Shown here: positions 27,292 through 39,204 of the stretch, piece after piece | Position numbering within the stretch: the first letter of the stretch is position 1 | How the letters are laid out: each line of letters begins with the position of its first letter | Notes under the pieces: generated by a model | Told to the model about the DNA's origin: nothing | Database searches by the model: none | What the model saw: only the letters and a program-made list of their open reading frames with translations | Translations under genes and position numbers: made by a program | DNA from: Chiloscyllium plagiosum | Taxonomy: Eukaryota | DNA: 64,000 bases | Direction: 5' to 3' | NCBI RefSeq assembly: GCF_004010195.1 | Contig: NC_057719.1 | Coordinates: forward strand, 12,785,872 to 12,849,871

Positions 27292-27720
27292 AAGTTTCAG
27301 GTGGTTAATATATAGAATAATGTATACCCAGAAATGAGTTACAGGCTGGAATCTAATCAAGGGATTCAGATAATTTATAGAGAGAATAATAGATACCAGG
27401 AGCTTTTTATAGACTGAAATCTAATTCAGGGATTCAGATGGTTTATATAGAGAATAATGGATACCCAGAAAAGTTATGAACTGGAATCTAATTGAGAAAT
27501 TCAGATAGATTATATAGAGAATAATGGACACTGGGAGCTTTTTACAGATTGAAATCTAATTGAGAAATTCAGATGATTTAGATAGAGAACAGTGGATACC
27601 CAGAAATAAGTTCCAGACTGGAATCTACTTGAGGGGCTCAGATGGCTTATACATAGAATAATGGATACTTGGGAATGAGTTATAGACTGGAACCAAATTG
27701 AGGGGTTCAGATGGTTTATA
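27292..27720. repeat. Minisatellite, ~68-bp unit x ~6
   Basis: (c/t)tg(g/a)aatcta anchor at 27346, 27414, 27481, 27549, 27618, 27687. Confidence 0.9.
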
Positions 27721-28329
27721 TGTGTGATCTCCAACATGTGGATCGCAATTCTGTGGTTGATCACAGAGACTGACAATTGATCTCATTGTCCGTCTTCGGT
27801 CACTCGCCATGCGCACGCTTGTCATCATACCCCTATTTCCATGCATTCTCTTACAGGCTTTGGCACCATGTTTCAGTTTGGTCCAGATGGACTGTCACGG
27901 TCACCTAAAATACGTTGTATGGTGGCAATGCAAACAAGTGAATAAGCAATAACCTAGGGACTGATGTGTAAAGCCCATATATATCACTATACCAGAAACA
28001 TAGATTATTTACCCATTGTGTCCATACAGGCTCTCTGCAGGGCAGTCCCATTCTTCTACCTAATCTCTGTGGACATGCAGTAATTTTTCCTTTGTTTGGG
28101 CTGCTTACATAATAAGTCAGTGCAGGATGAATAAAACGCACTGTGTATGCTGTCCTGTCTCACAGCTGATATCTGAGCAACGCAAGTTGACTGGGCTCCT
28201 CAGAGACAAATCATGACCTCAGAAGTGACCTTCCATGCCTGCACACTTGAAAGCAGAGGATGTTCTAGAGGCATAGATTCAGAGTGATATCATGCACTTC
28301 CAAATAAAGCAAAAACTATAAGAGAACCT

Positions 28330-30445
28330 GGTCCATCTAAGAAGAAAGTTTAATATAAAATGGCTAAATGCATTCTTGTTTACAACTGCAAATGATAAGA
28401 GCATTTGCCTTGTATGTCACCAAAGTAAAAAGAGGAATTATTACAACGCCACACAACAATGCTCAGTAACTCTGAGAACAGTTTTCCCTTGAACAGCATG
28501 CTTCAGACAAAATGTTGATGAGCTGCAGGCTGATTTGAAAACAGATTTTTGTTTTGAAAATGAACAGTGAAAGGTAAGGACTGCACTTAAACATCATTTC
28601 ACACTTGCCATCTTCTAACAAAACACAAGTCATTCACAGATGACCAAATAATTGAAGAAGCAATACCTATGGCTGCTAACCCTTTATTCTAAAGACTTTA
28701 AAAACAAAAAAGAAATAACAACAGCAATCCAGTACTTGGTACTTCCAGAGAAGCAAAACTGAGTAGAATCCTTCAGCAACTACAGCAGGTCCTGAAGGAT
28801 TGTGAATGCTTCTTACTGGAGCTCAACGAATCCATCATCATGACCAACACAGCCCAGCTAATTGTTTTTGTGCACATGGTTTTCAAAGACATACAACTAA
28901 ACAGGATCTTCTCACCCTTTTCTCCCTTAAAGAGAGAACAAGAGTTGAGGATATCTACAGCAAATTCAAAAGGTTTATGCTTGAGATAAACATTCCATTT
29001 AAGAAAGTGACTTTCATCACAACTGATGGCACATCAGCCATGCTTGGTGCAAACGCCGGTTTTGTTGCATTTTGCAGAAGTGAGCCTGATTTCCCGTTTT
29101 GTTAGTTACCACTTTATATTCCACCAGCAAGAAAAGTTATGGAATTTTCTCATGTCATACAAGTTATTGTTCACTGGATACTTACAAGAGCTCTTCAAGT
29201 ACTGTTGATCCGGACTGGATTATCTTGACATTGCCTATGCTGAACTAATCCTCCATGCTGAAGTGAGTCGTTAAGTTGAAAGAAGGTCCTGCATAGATTT
29301 TTAGATCTGATACCGAAATTGTCACTTTTCTTAGATTAAAAGTGAAATGCTGTTAGGTGATGTGTGGTTGCCTGACTTTAGGTGCTTTACAGATATAATG
29401 TCAAAACTGAACGAGCTGAACTGTGAACTGCAGGGAAAGGACAGAGATTTAGTTCATATGATCAGTGCTGGGTAGGCACTCAAATTGAAACTGGGTCTGT
29501 AGTTCTCCCAATTAAAAAATGTAAAACGTATTATAATATAATTTAATAGAAATATAGTGAGAGATGTGCAGGTTAGGCAGATTGGTCATACTAAATTGCC
29601 CATAGTGTCCAGGGATGTGTAGGCTCGTTGGATTAGCACAAGGAATGCAGGGTTAGAGGGATAGGGTGGGAGTGGGTGGATGGACAGGTGCGTGACTGGG
29701 TGGGATGCTCTTCAGAGGGTGGTGTGAACTCAATGGGCTGAATGGCCTGATTCCACACTGTAAGGATTCTACGATTCTATGATTTTATAATGTTACAACT
29801 CTTTCTGAATCTGGAGAAAACGTTAGGGAAAAAAAAAATCAAAAACAAAGAAAAATAGTTCCACCCAGAAAGCTGTGCACACTTGAAGAAGTTAACCGAG
29901 GAATTCAACAAATGATTTCAGGATTTAGATGTGATAAAAAAAAACATCAAGTCTATCGCAAATCCGTCAGGTGTTTGCTTTACAAAACAGTGGAGTTAAA
30001 ATGGAGATAAGTACAATGCAAAATGATATTGAGATGGAAATCTGAACAACAGACACAAATTTTTGGAACTGTAAACAGAAACGAGTCTAGATTAGAGTGG
30101 TGCTGGAAAAGCACAGCAGGTCAGGCAGCATCCAAGGAGCAGGAAAATCGACGTTTCAGGCAAAAGCCCTTCATCTAATCTAGACTCTGATTTCCAGCAT
30201 CTGCAGTCCTCCTTTTTTCCTAACAGAAAAAAGTACCCACCTTGTATTTAAAGTGAAAGCTTACTTTGACTGCACATATCTCTGAGACAGTGTTCTTCCA
30301 AGTAAAGATATTCAAATCCAAGTCTCACACCCTTCTCATAGACAGCTATTTGAATGGTCTGTATATACCTAGCAGTCTCAAACTACAAACCAGACTTCAT
30401 TGGCACTGGCAGATAATGTGCAGACAAAATTATAGCACTGACACT
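28330..30445 (+). pseudogene. Decayed hAT (Charlie/SPIN/GTF2IRD2-like) transposase, interrupted by a SINE (29562-29783) and a Penelope mini-element (30082-30221)
   Basis: Motifs across frames: KSICLVC, TAQLIVFV, ITTDGTSAMLG, SYHFIFHQQ, KVLHRF, LNELNCELQGK, CTYL/ETVFFQVKIFKSK (C-terminal dimerisation-like). Multiple stops and frameshifts. Confidence 0.85.
30082..30221 (-). mobile_element. Penelope-derived mini-element with truncated hammerhead
   Basis: TSD aacagaaa (30074-30081, 30222-30229). Minus strand gatgaagggcttttgcctgaaacgtc. Confidence 0.75.
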
Positions 30446-31095
30446 TGGTGAGTAGAAGACAAAGTGAATAAATGTACATACTTGCTTTGAGATTTATTTG
30501 GCATTGCTAAGAAACTTTGTTTTTTTTATTTTCTTTAGGGTAGATTCTGGGTTGCACTTCAAGTCCAACTCCCACCATGGTGTTAGAGGCAAGGTGCTAG
30601 CATGGATAGAAGCTTGGCTGACTGGCAGAAAGCAGACAGTGGGGGATAGGCATTCTGGCTAAGTTTGCAGTCAATACAAAGATAGGCAGAGGGACAGGTA
30701 GCATTGAGGAGGCAGGGAGGCTGCAGAAGGATTTGGATAGATTAGGAGAGTGGACAAAGAAGTGGCAGATGGAGTACAACGTGGGAAAGTGTGAGGTCAT
30801 GCAATTTGGTTGGAAGAATAGAGGCATGGATAGAAGCTTGGCTGACTGGCAGAAAGCAGATAGTGGGGGATAAAAGGGACCTTCTCAGGATGGCAGCTGG
30901 TGACAAGTGGTGTTCTGCAAGGATCAGTGTCGGGACCACAACTTTTTACTTTATACATTAACGATCTGGAGGAAGGAACTGAGGCATTCTGGCTAAACAA
31001 AGTTTCTTAGCAATGCCAAATAAATCTCAAAGCAAGTATGTACATTTATTCACTTTGTCTTCTACTCACCAAGTGTCAGTGCTATAATTTTGTCT
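30422..31095. repeat. 101-bp perfect inverted duplication (30422-30522 / 30995-31095)
   Basis: agacaaaattatagc...gaaactttgttt reappears reverse-complemented inside the neighbouring CR1. Confidence 0.95.
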
Positions 31096-31850
31096 AAATG
31101 GGGAGAAAATTCAGAATTCTGAAGTGCAAAGAGACTAGGGAGTTATAGTCCAGGATTCTCTCAAGGTAAACTTGCAGGTTGAGAAAGTAGTTAGGAAGGC
31201 AAATGTAATGATGGCATTTATTTTGAGAGGACTTGAATATTAAAGCAGGGATGTACTCCTGGGGCTCTAATCTGCTCTCGTCATTCCACATTTAGAGTAT
31301 TGTGTGCAGTTTTGGGCCCGATATCTCAGGAAGGATGTAATGGTCCTGGAACGTGTTCAGAGGAGGTTCATGAGAATGGTCCCAAGAATGAAAAGCTTAA
31401 CATATGAGGGATGTTTGAGGACTATGGGTTCATACTCAATGGAGTTTAGAAGGATGAAGGGCGATCTAATTGAAACTTACAGAACACTGTATGGCCTGGA
31501 CTGAGTAGATGGTGGGAAGATGTTTCCATTGGTAGGAGAGACTAGGCCCTGAAGGCACAGCCTTAGAGTAAAGGGAACACCTTAGAACAGAGATAAGGAG
31601 AAGATTCTTCAGCCAGAGAGTGATCAACCTATGGAATTCACTGCCACAGAAGGCTGTGGAGGCCAGGTCTTTGAGTGTATTTAAGATTAAGATAGATAGG
31701 TTCTTGATTGTTAATGGGAATAAGGGTTATGGGGAGAAGACAGGAGAATGGGGATGAGAAACATATCAGCCATGATTGGATGGAGGAGCAGACTCGATGG
31801 GCTGAACGGCCTAACTTCTGCTCCTATGTCTTATGACTTAATGGTCTTAT
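30570..31850 (+). mobile_element. CR1 LINE 3' fragment with scrambled 5' part
   Basis: ORF 31304..31504 is RT C-terminal-like. Internal duplication of catggatagaagcttggctgactggcagaaagcaga near 30601 and 30826. Confidence 0.9.
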
Positions 31851-34800
31851 GACCTAACAACACTCAAGAAGCTTTACACCATCCGGGACAAAGCAACTCT
31901 GTTTGATTCGTTCCACATCCACAAGCAACCACTCCCTCTACCACTGACGCTCAGCAGCACCAGTGTGTACTATCTACAAGAGGCACTGCAGAAATTCACC
32001 AAAGATCCTGAGACAACACCTTCCAAACCCATGACCACTTCCATCTAGAAGGAGAAAAGCAGCAGATACATGGGACAACCATGACTTGCAAGTTACCCTT
32101 CAAATTTCACACCATCTTGACTTGGAAATATATCACCATTCCCTCAGTGTCACTGGGTCAAAATCCTGGAATTCTCTCCCTAATAGCATTCTGATTCTAT
32201 CTACAGCATATAGACAGCTCACCACTGCCTTCTCAAGGGCAACTAGGGACGTGCCTAAATGTTAGCCCAGCTAGTGACACCCTCATTCCAAGAGTGAATA
32301 AAAACTTATTCTAGAATACAGGATACCCAGAGACTAAAGGAAGCAAGGGAGAACTTGCACTTATATAGTGCAATGGATATTCCCAGAATGCTCCAAGTAG
32401 CTTCATAGATAATAAAGTCACCTTAAAGCAGAATCAGTTTAAGTCAGGCCGATCCCATAGAGGGGTGTGAGATAAACGACCTTTACTTTGTTGTTGGTTT
32501 GGTTGTGACCAGGGTACCAGCAGAATTCTCGCCTCTGAAAATGTGACCGCTGTATCTTCCTGAACAAGGAGACAAGACTTTAGCTGAACCCCTGATCTGA
32601 AATTGAGCAGGGCAGTTCTGCCTCTGTCCAATACTGAAAGGTTGCTGTGGTTCAGTCGGTAGAACTCTTGGCATTGGGTCAACATTTTTCAGGGTGAAAT
32701 CCCCAAAAATGGCTTGTGCTGATGCTCCAGCGCAGTACTGGGGGAAGACAGCACTGTCAGAGTTGCCACTTCTTAGATGAGATTTTAAAGTCCCTTTACA
32801 CAAATATGGAAGATTCCAAGGCAGTATTTCGAAGAGAAGCATCGGAAATTTACTTATGCCCTCAATGAACATCAGTGCGCAAACAGGTTGGTCCTTTCAT
32901 AATCGCATTGCTGTCCGTGGGAGCTTGGCTTTTATTTCGTATTCTCTGACAGTGACTGGGCTGAGTGGAGACAACCTCTGGAGGCAGGGTTTGGGGAGAC
33001 GATGACTGAAGAATATGGATGTAGAGGGCATTGGAAAATTTAGAGCATGCTTATCAGAACATCCCCCCACTCCTCACCAAATGTGTTCCTGTCACCTTGT
33101 ACATTTCCTGGTGGGGGGCTTCAGTGGAATATTGGCTATTAATCCATCTGCAGCATATTTGGAGAAATGCACATGTAGCCTGTAAGCTGCAGCAGTGTTG
33201 TGACCTCTGATGCAGTTGTATTCTGTATAGAGGCAGAGCTTGTTAAAATCATTGCGTGGAACAAGCAGGGAGCAAATGAAGGAGCTAACTGGGTAGATAT
33301 ACATCAGATTTCGGAAGGAATTGGAATCTCGTCAGAGGTTTACGGAATTCCATCTTTGTCAGCAGCACCTCAGAGGACCTGAGGGTGCAGAAGGTACTTG
33401 GAACCTCACGAGACCCATGTGTGGTATTCACTTTGAAGGACCAAACTGGCAATGCTGAGGGCACCCGCCTGCAAATGCATCTGATCCACATGCAGATGGA
33501 TCCATTGGGTCTGAGAGGATCAGCTGCAGATCCCAGCATCCGCCTAGTGCTTCCACCTTGTGCTGCACTCCCTTCCTCATTCAGCCCTGGATCACAGTGT
33601 CTTCAGGCTGGCTCTGCTGGTCAACCTTCACTCTGTCAGGCACTCCGTCTGAGCCACCCGCATACCTGGGGTTTCCCACCCACACCCTCCCATAGGATGG
33701 TGAATGTGAAGGTGGCTGACTAATTGTTCTGTAAGGTGAAGCCAGCGGGCACCATGTGGTGGTGAAATGAAGGCTGGAGAGGGAGTCACAACCAAGAGGT
33801 AGTCCACCTCTTGATTACCTTAATCTAAAACATAGGAAGCCACCTGTAACAAAACAAACCAAACAATCAAAAGAACAAAACTACAAAGGAAACTTATCAA
33901 AATTAAATCAAAACATCGTTATTGCAGGCCATGGTGCCACCAAGCCCATGGTGCCGCCAAGCCCATGGTGCCGGCTGGTCATAAAGACCTCCACTGTGCA
34001 GGTGGATACTCCATGCTCCCTTTCAATGGAGACTTGAGCACGGACATAATCATGGGGTAGGGGCAGACAATCAGACACAATGAACCCCTCCACCAAGATT
34101 ATTTTCTGAACTGGGACAGTCCAGCCCTGCATTTCAAAAAGAGCTTAATTGGCTGTACAACTTTTTGGGACAACTTAAGAGTACTAAAACCAATGATATG
34201 CAACGCGTCTTAAAGATTGAATGGCTTTATTGCAGCTTGAACCTTAAACGTTTTTGATTACAGGAATACTGCTATCACCAAGCTAAATTGGCATTTCAGG
34301 CCATTAATGCAATCGGGTTTTAATGTGAGTGAGTAACACCCTCACCATCATTTAAATGTGATGAGGTAATTCCCTGATGGAGATAGCTGGTCATGCTGAA
34401 TTTCCATTTTCAGTCATGATACCACTATTGCAGTAAAAAGCCTTCGCCACTGAATATACCTTTACAGACACTGTTGCAGACCATTCAACCAAAGGACACA
34501 ATGAAGTTGATTCAGTGCTTCACCCAACATTGATGCCTACACATATTCCAGGAAGACTCACTGGCTAATGCTTGGAGTTATAATTCCCACCTTTGACCCC
34601 AGCCATGGCAGAAGTCAATCGTAGCAATCCTGCTCCATTCTCCATTGAGCTGAAGTTTCGGGTTGGTAAAGTTTATCGGATATAACTGGTTAATTGTAAG
34701 TGCACTTCCTGAATCTACTGCTAATAAATGATCATGATTTCTCTCAACTTTAATGCTCCCCTTACACCTATGTCACCTGGCAGTTTGTGATTAGCAGACA

Positions 34801-35429
34801 GATGTGTAATTTTGTACTTAGACTTTGAGGCATTTGCTGATCACCTTATTTTCCCATCCAAGACATAATGGCAGTTCACATTGCCTTTATGTTTAATCTG
34901 GTACAGATTTCTTTTGAATCTTGTTAATACATCACCTTTGCAAAGCAGGTTAACAGGAAGAGGGGTGGCACGGGCAAGAGAATAGATATGTCTCTGGAGT
35001 TTGTCTATCTCGCGTCCTTGGGCTTGGATAGTATAATTGATTTTCCTCTGAGACCCGCAGGACTCCGGGTGTCCTCATGCATGAAATCCTGAAAGGTTAG
35101 TTTTTAGGTATAGCAAGTAATTAGGAAAGCTAATAGAACGTTATCAGTTATCATGAGGAGAACTGAATACAGAAGTAGGGAGGTTGTGTCTCAGTTAGAC
35201 AGGGCACGGGTGAGACCGCATGTACAATATTAAGGTCCCTATTTAATGAAGGATGAAAATGCATTGGAGGCAGTACACAGTTCAGAGCTGGAGTCATATC
35301 TGAATGATTGTTGGGAATTGTCTTATGAGGCAATCTAGGTTAGTCTTGTATTCATTGGAATTTAAAGAATGTGAAGTGACTTGATTGAAATGTATCAAAT
35401 CCTAAGGGACTTTGCCAGAGAGAGCTTAC

Positions 35430-35740
35430 CCCAGTTCCAAACTTCCAGCTCAGCACCGTCCCCATGACCTGTCCTACCTGCCAATCTCCCTTCCCACCTA
35501 TCCACTCCACTCTCCCCTCTGACCTATCACCTCCATCCCCACCCCCATTCACCCACTGTACTCTTTGCTACCTTCTCCCCAGCCCCATTCCCCACCCCCC
35601 CATGCCCATTTATATTTCCACCCTGGATGCTCCCTGCCTCTATTCCTGATGAAAGGCTTTTGCCCAAAACATCGATTTTCCTGCTCCTCGGATGCTGCCT
35701 GACCTGCTGTGCTTTTGCAGCACCACTCTGATCTAAACAT
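35430..35740 (+). mobile_element. Penelope-like 3' UTR fragment with mutated hammerhead (35646-35673)
   Basis: C-rich tract followed by ctgatgaaaggcttttgcccaaaacatc, homologous to 61980-62230. Confidence 0.75.
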
Positions 35741-37100
35741 TACCAATACACCACCACTATCTCCGAGTAAGTAGTGCTCTCACTCATGAGTCACAAGGTT
35801 GTGAGATTAAGTTCCACTTCAGAGAGTTGAGTAGAAACATTAAACCGAGGTCCTGTTTGTCCCTTCAAGTGAGTCATGGAGTGATAGAGTTGTATAGCAT
35901 GCAAACTGACCGCTTGGACCAATTCATCCATGCCAACCAGATATCCTGAATTAACCTAATCCCATTTGCCATCATTTGGCCCATATCCCTTCATTACTCA
36001 ATTTCAAAGAATCTCAGGGTACGTTTCCCTGGTGTTTTGAACAACATCTGAAACAGCTGATTGAGAGGTTATTTCAGAGTGGTTTGAATGAGCTTGCTGT
36101 GTGCAAATTGGTTGCTGCCTTTCTCACAAAATATTGCATTGTACCCTTCAAAAAATATTTTTCCTGGCTATAAAAGGCTTTGGAAATCCTGAAAGGTTGG
36201 CTTAGCCCCATTGGCTTGGCAGGTGGCTTGCAGTGCAGCGTGATACCAACAGTGCAAGTTCAATTCCTATACCAGCTGGAGTTACCATGAAAGTCCTGTC
36301 TTCTCAGTCTGGCCTAAGGCATGGTGGACCTCAGGATAAGCTGCCTACCAGTTGTAATGGGAGAGCAGTATAAGACTATGTTAACTCACCTCTTACCTTT
36401 ATCGTGAAAGGTGCCATATATATACAGATCCTTCTCTTGCTATCAAGAAATGAGTCCCTACAACGATCAAAGATTTTTTGTATAGAAGATTCATAAAAAT
36501 GAATAGCAGTTCATCAAAACTATAGAAAGTGGAAGGGGCAAGACAGTTCCCTAAGTAGCCACTTTGAGAGGTTGGATGCTCCAATACAGCTGTTGCTCCC
36601 CAATTGCTAACTTTAGCCCAGCCTGCATGTTATAATTGGTTACTCATTCCTTTAGTTTATGTTTTGAGAAGGGATTTATCCATTCCATTACTTGGTACAC
36701 TCCACTCCAGGTGTGCAGAGACGGACTGAGTTAGCAGAACCTGGATTGAGGAAGTTGATGTGGACAGCATTTCCAATCTATTTGAAATGGAAGCATACAC
36801 CTCATTCACTAAAGTTGCATCCAATGTTGGAGGCAAGAGCTGAATTGAACCATTAACACATCGGGTGGAACCTCATAGGGGGTCCAAGTGACATGGCAGA
36901 ATCAAATGTGAAATCTAGTGAAGTCTATCTCAATGTTGGCTCCACCTTTTACACTTTTTATATGTTTCTCTGTCTGGGGATGATTGCCTGCCTTATTTAT
37001 GGCCTAATTAATATTCTGTGGTCTGACCTACTAAACACACCAAAAAGTCAGACCTCAGGAAAACACACTGTGCTAACGAGAGCAGGCACCTGGTAGGTTC

Positions 37101-37128
37101 CTGATGAAGGGCTTTTGCCCGAAACGTC
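37101..37128 (+). ncRNA. Minimal hammerhead ribozyme motif, intact core
   Basis: CUGAUGA-A-GGGC[UUUU]GCCC-GAAA-CG-UC: all core nucleotides, 4-bp helix II, palindromic ACGU in place of helix III. Confidence 0.75.
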
Positions 37129-37190
37129 GATTTTGCCTGTCCTCGGATGCTGCCTGAATTGCTGTGCTCTTCCAGCACCACTAATCCAGA
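37101..37190 (+). mobile_element. 90-bp Penelope-derived insertion starting at the hammerhead core
   Basis: 13-bp TSD acctg(g/t)taggttc at 37088-37100 and 37191-37203. Confidence 0.8.
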
Positions 37191-38179
37191 ACCTGTTAGG
37201 TTCAGCTCACTGCTTGCTCCCAGTGACCTCCATGTTATGTATGATCGAACAGCATCTCAGGACATGATCCTCAGGTACCCATTGCATACATCCTTGCTGA
37301 CAGACATTGGCATCTGACATTTGCCAATCCCTCATGACCATCATGGCACCTCACTCTCCAATAGCAGTGTAAGAATCTCAGGAAGGACAGACTAGCATTA
37401 TGGGCTGCATTGTGGCAGCTAGTATTGAATAGCTTCAGCAGCGACACTTTGCGAATAGGACCAGGTATCCAGCTGATGGATTGGATCAAGCTGCACTGCT
37501 GGGCCGTACACTAGCTCTCTCAGTGCACTCTCACTTAGTCCCCAGCTACATCAATCACATCATTAAATTTTAAACCATGCAAGTTGACTTTGATTGGTCA
37601 AGGGATTGCCCTAAGAAATAGAACAGTGAATGGCTGTCACCTATTTTGTTGAGTTGAAAAATAAACAAAGCTTGGCCGTTATCTGTCAGTGTTATTAGAT
37701 GCATTCTCCATGACAATCCTTCTATCAACCAGTGTCCATTTGCCAATCGTTCTGCAATCTCATTTTATGCAGTATAAATATTGAATTTATCTTCTTGTGA
37801 AACATCCTGATGAGTTGAAGATGAAATTCTTTCAATTTCTGCTTCAATTTAAATGAGAGAGAGAGTGATAGAGAGGGAGAGAGGTGCTTTCCATGCTTTT
37901 TCTGTTTTCAGTCCATATTGCCTTTTTGCTTCTTTGTGTGCTCAAAGCAAGCTGCTGAAATATGGCTCATTTTTATATTCCAAATCTGGCTCCGTTGTCT
38001 TTTTCTAACTGAACACTCTACTGATATATTTTCATCTCCAATATGTCAAGATATCATACAATTGTGGGCAAAAGAAGAGAAATACTTTTCTTGAAACTGA
38101 GTTTCAAGGCTTCTTGAATAAAACGATAATTCTGAGGCAACCTGGCTGTATATTTAATAACAACCAAGGATGTTGTAAA

Positions 38180-38345
38180 ACAGAAACAAAAACAGAAGTT
38201 GCTGGAAAAGCTCAGCAGGTCTGAGCAACTTCTGAGGAAGTTTCTGAGGAAGGGTCGCTGGACCTGAAACGTTAACTCTTATTTATCTTCATGGATGCTG
38301 CATGACATGCTGAGCTTTTCCAACAACTTCTGTTTTTGTTTCTGA
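38180..38345 (+). mobile_element. Palindromic Penelope-derived mini-element with hammerhead motif (38244-38273)
   Basis: Arms cagaaacaaaaacagaagttgctggaaaagctcagca / tgctgagcttttccaacaacttctgtttttgtttctg. Core CUGAGGA-A-GGGUC[GCUG]GACCU-GAAA-CG-UU. Confidence 0.8.
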
Positions 38346-39110
38346 TTATATGTTTTCCATGTTGGTTGCTAGGGCTTGTCAAGTGATCACTACAGCCATT
38401 TTAGGTCAATGGTGTCCATTTTTAATCCACATAAATCTCAGGTACTAAAATCAAATGATGGCTTTTGAATATTGATGTGCATTTTCACTAAGAATGTATC
38501 ACACTGCATTCTCCAATTCCCGCCACACATTAAAAAACCCACAAATACAAGATGTGTTCAACTGGTCCATCTAGTCAGTCCTTCCTGGATGTCATAATAC
38601 ACAGATACAAGTTTCATATGAAACCTAAATTTCATCCTCTTTAATTTTCTGAGGGGCTGGGAGAGAGTAAAACACTTGGACCAATTTTGGTGAGAAAAAT
38701 GAAAAGTTATATTCCGAACTCCAAAGCCAGAAAGTAAACTTATTCATTGTCAATTTGTAGATGTTGAACTAGATAGATAGATTCTTGCAAAGTGGATGTG
38801 AGGAGTGTTGGATCAGCCATGATCCTATTGATCAGTACAGCAGGCTCGAGGGGCCGAACAGCCTACCCCATTCCTATTTCTTGTGGTCTATGGTCTTATG
38901 GACAGCAATTCCAGATGAGTCAGTGTCTTAGGCCTCTTGAGCTTCTCACTCTGCTTCTCCACAATCACACCAGTGAGATGAATAACTTCCAATGTAGGAA
39001 TCAGAGAGGCCTTTCCTCTCCACTTTATAAAATAAAGTAATTTTTTGATCTAAATTATCTGTGCTCCCAGTGGTCAGGCATGAGGATGTATTAGTAATTG
39101 TTTAGTTTGA

Positions 39111-39204
39111 GGAAGGATCACTTGACCCGAAAGGTTAACTCTGATTTCCCTCCACACATGCTGCTGTACACGCTGAGCTTTTCCAGCAACTTCTGTTTTT
39201 GTTT
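39111..39204 (+). mobile_element. Penelope-derived mini-insertion whose 5' junction falls within the hammerhead core
   Basis: 17-bp TSD gtaattg(t/g)ttagtttga at 39094-39110 and 39205-39221. Decayed core tgagga-aggatcacttgaccc-gaaa. Confidence 0.75.

Noticed and set aside
27292..27720. CRISPR-like regularly spaced repeats
   Set aside because: The whole 68-bp unit repeats with no unique spacers, there are no cas genes and the context is vertebrate. It is a minisatellite.
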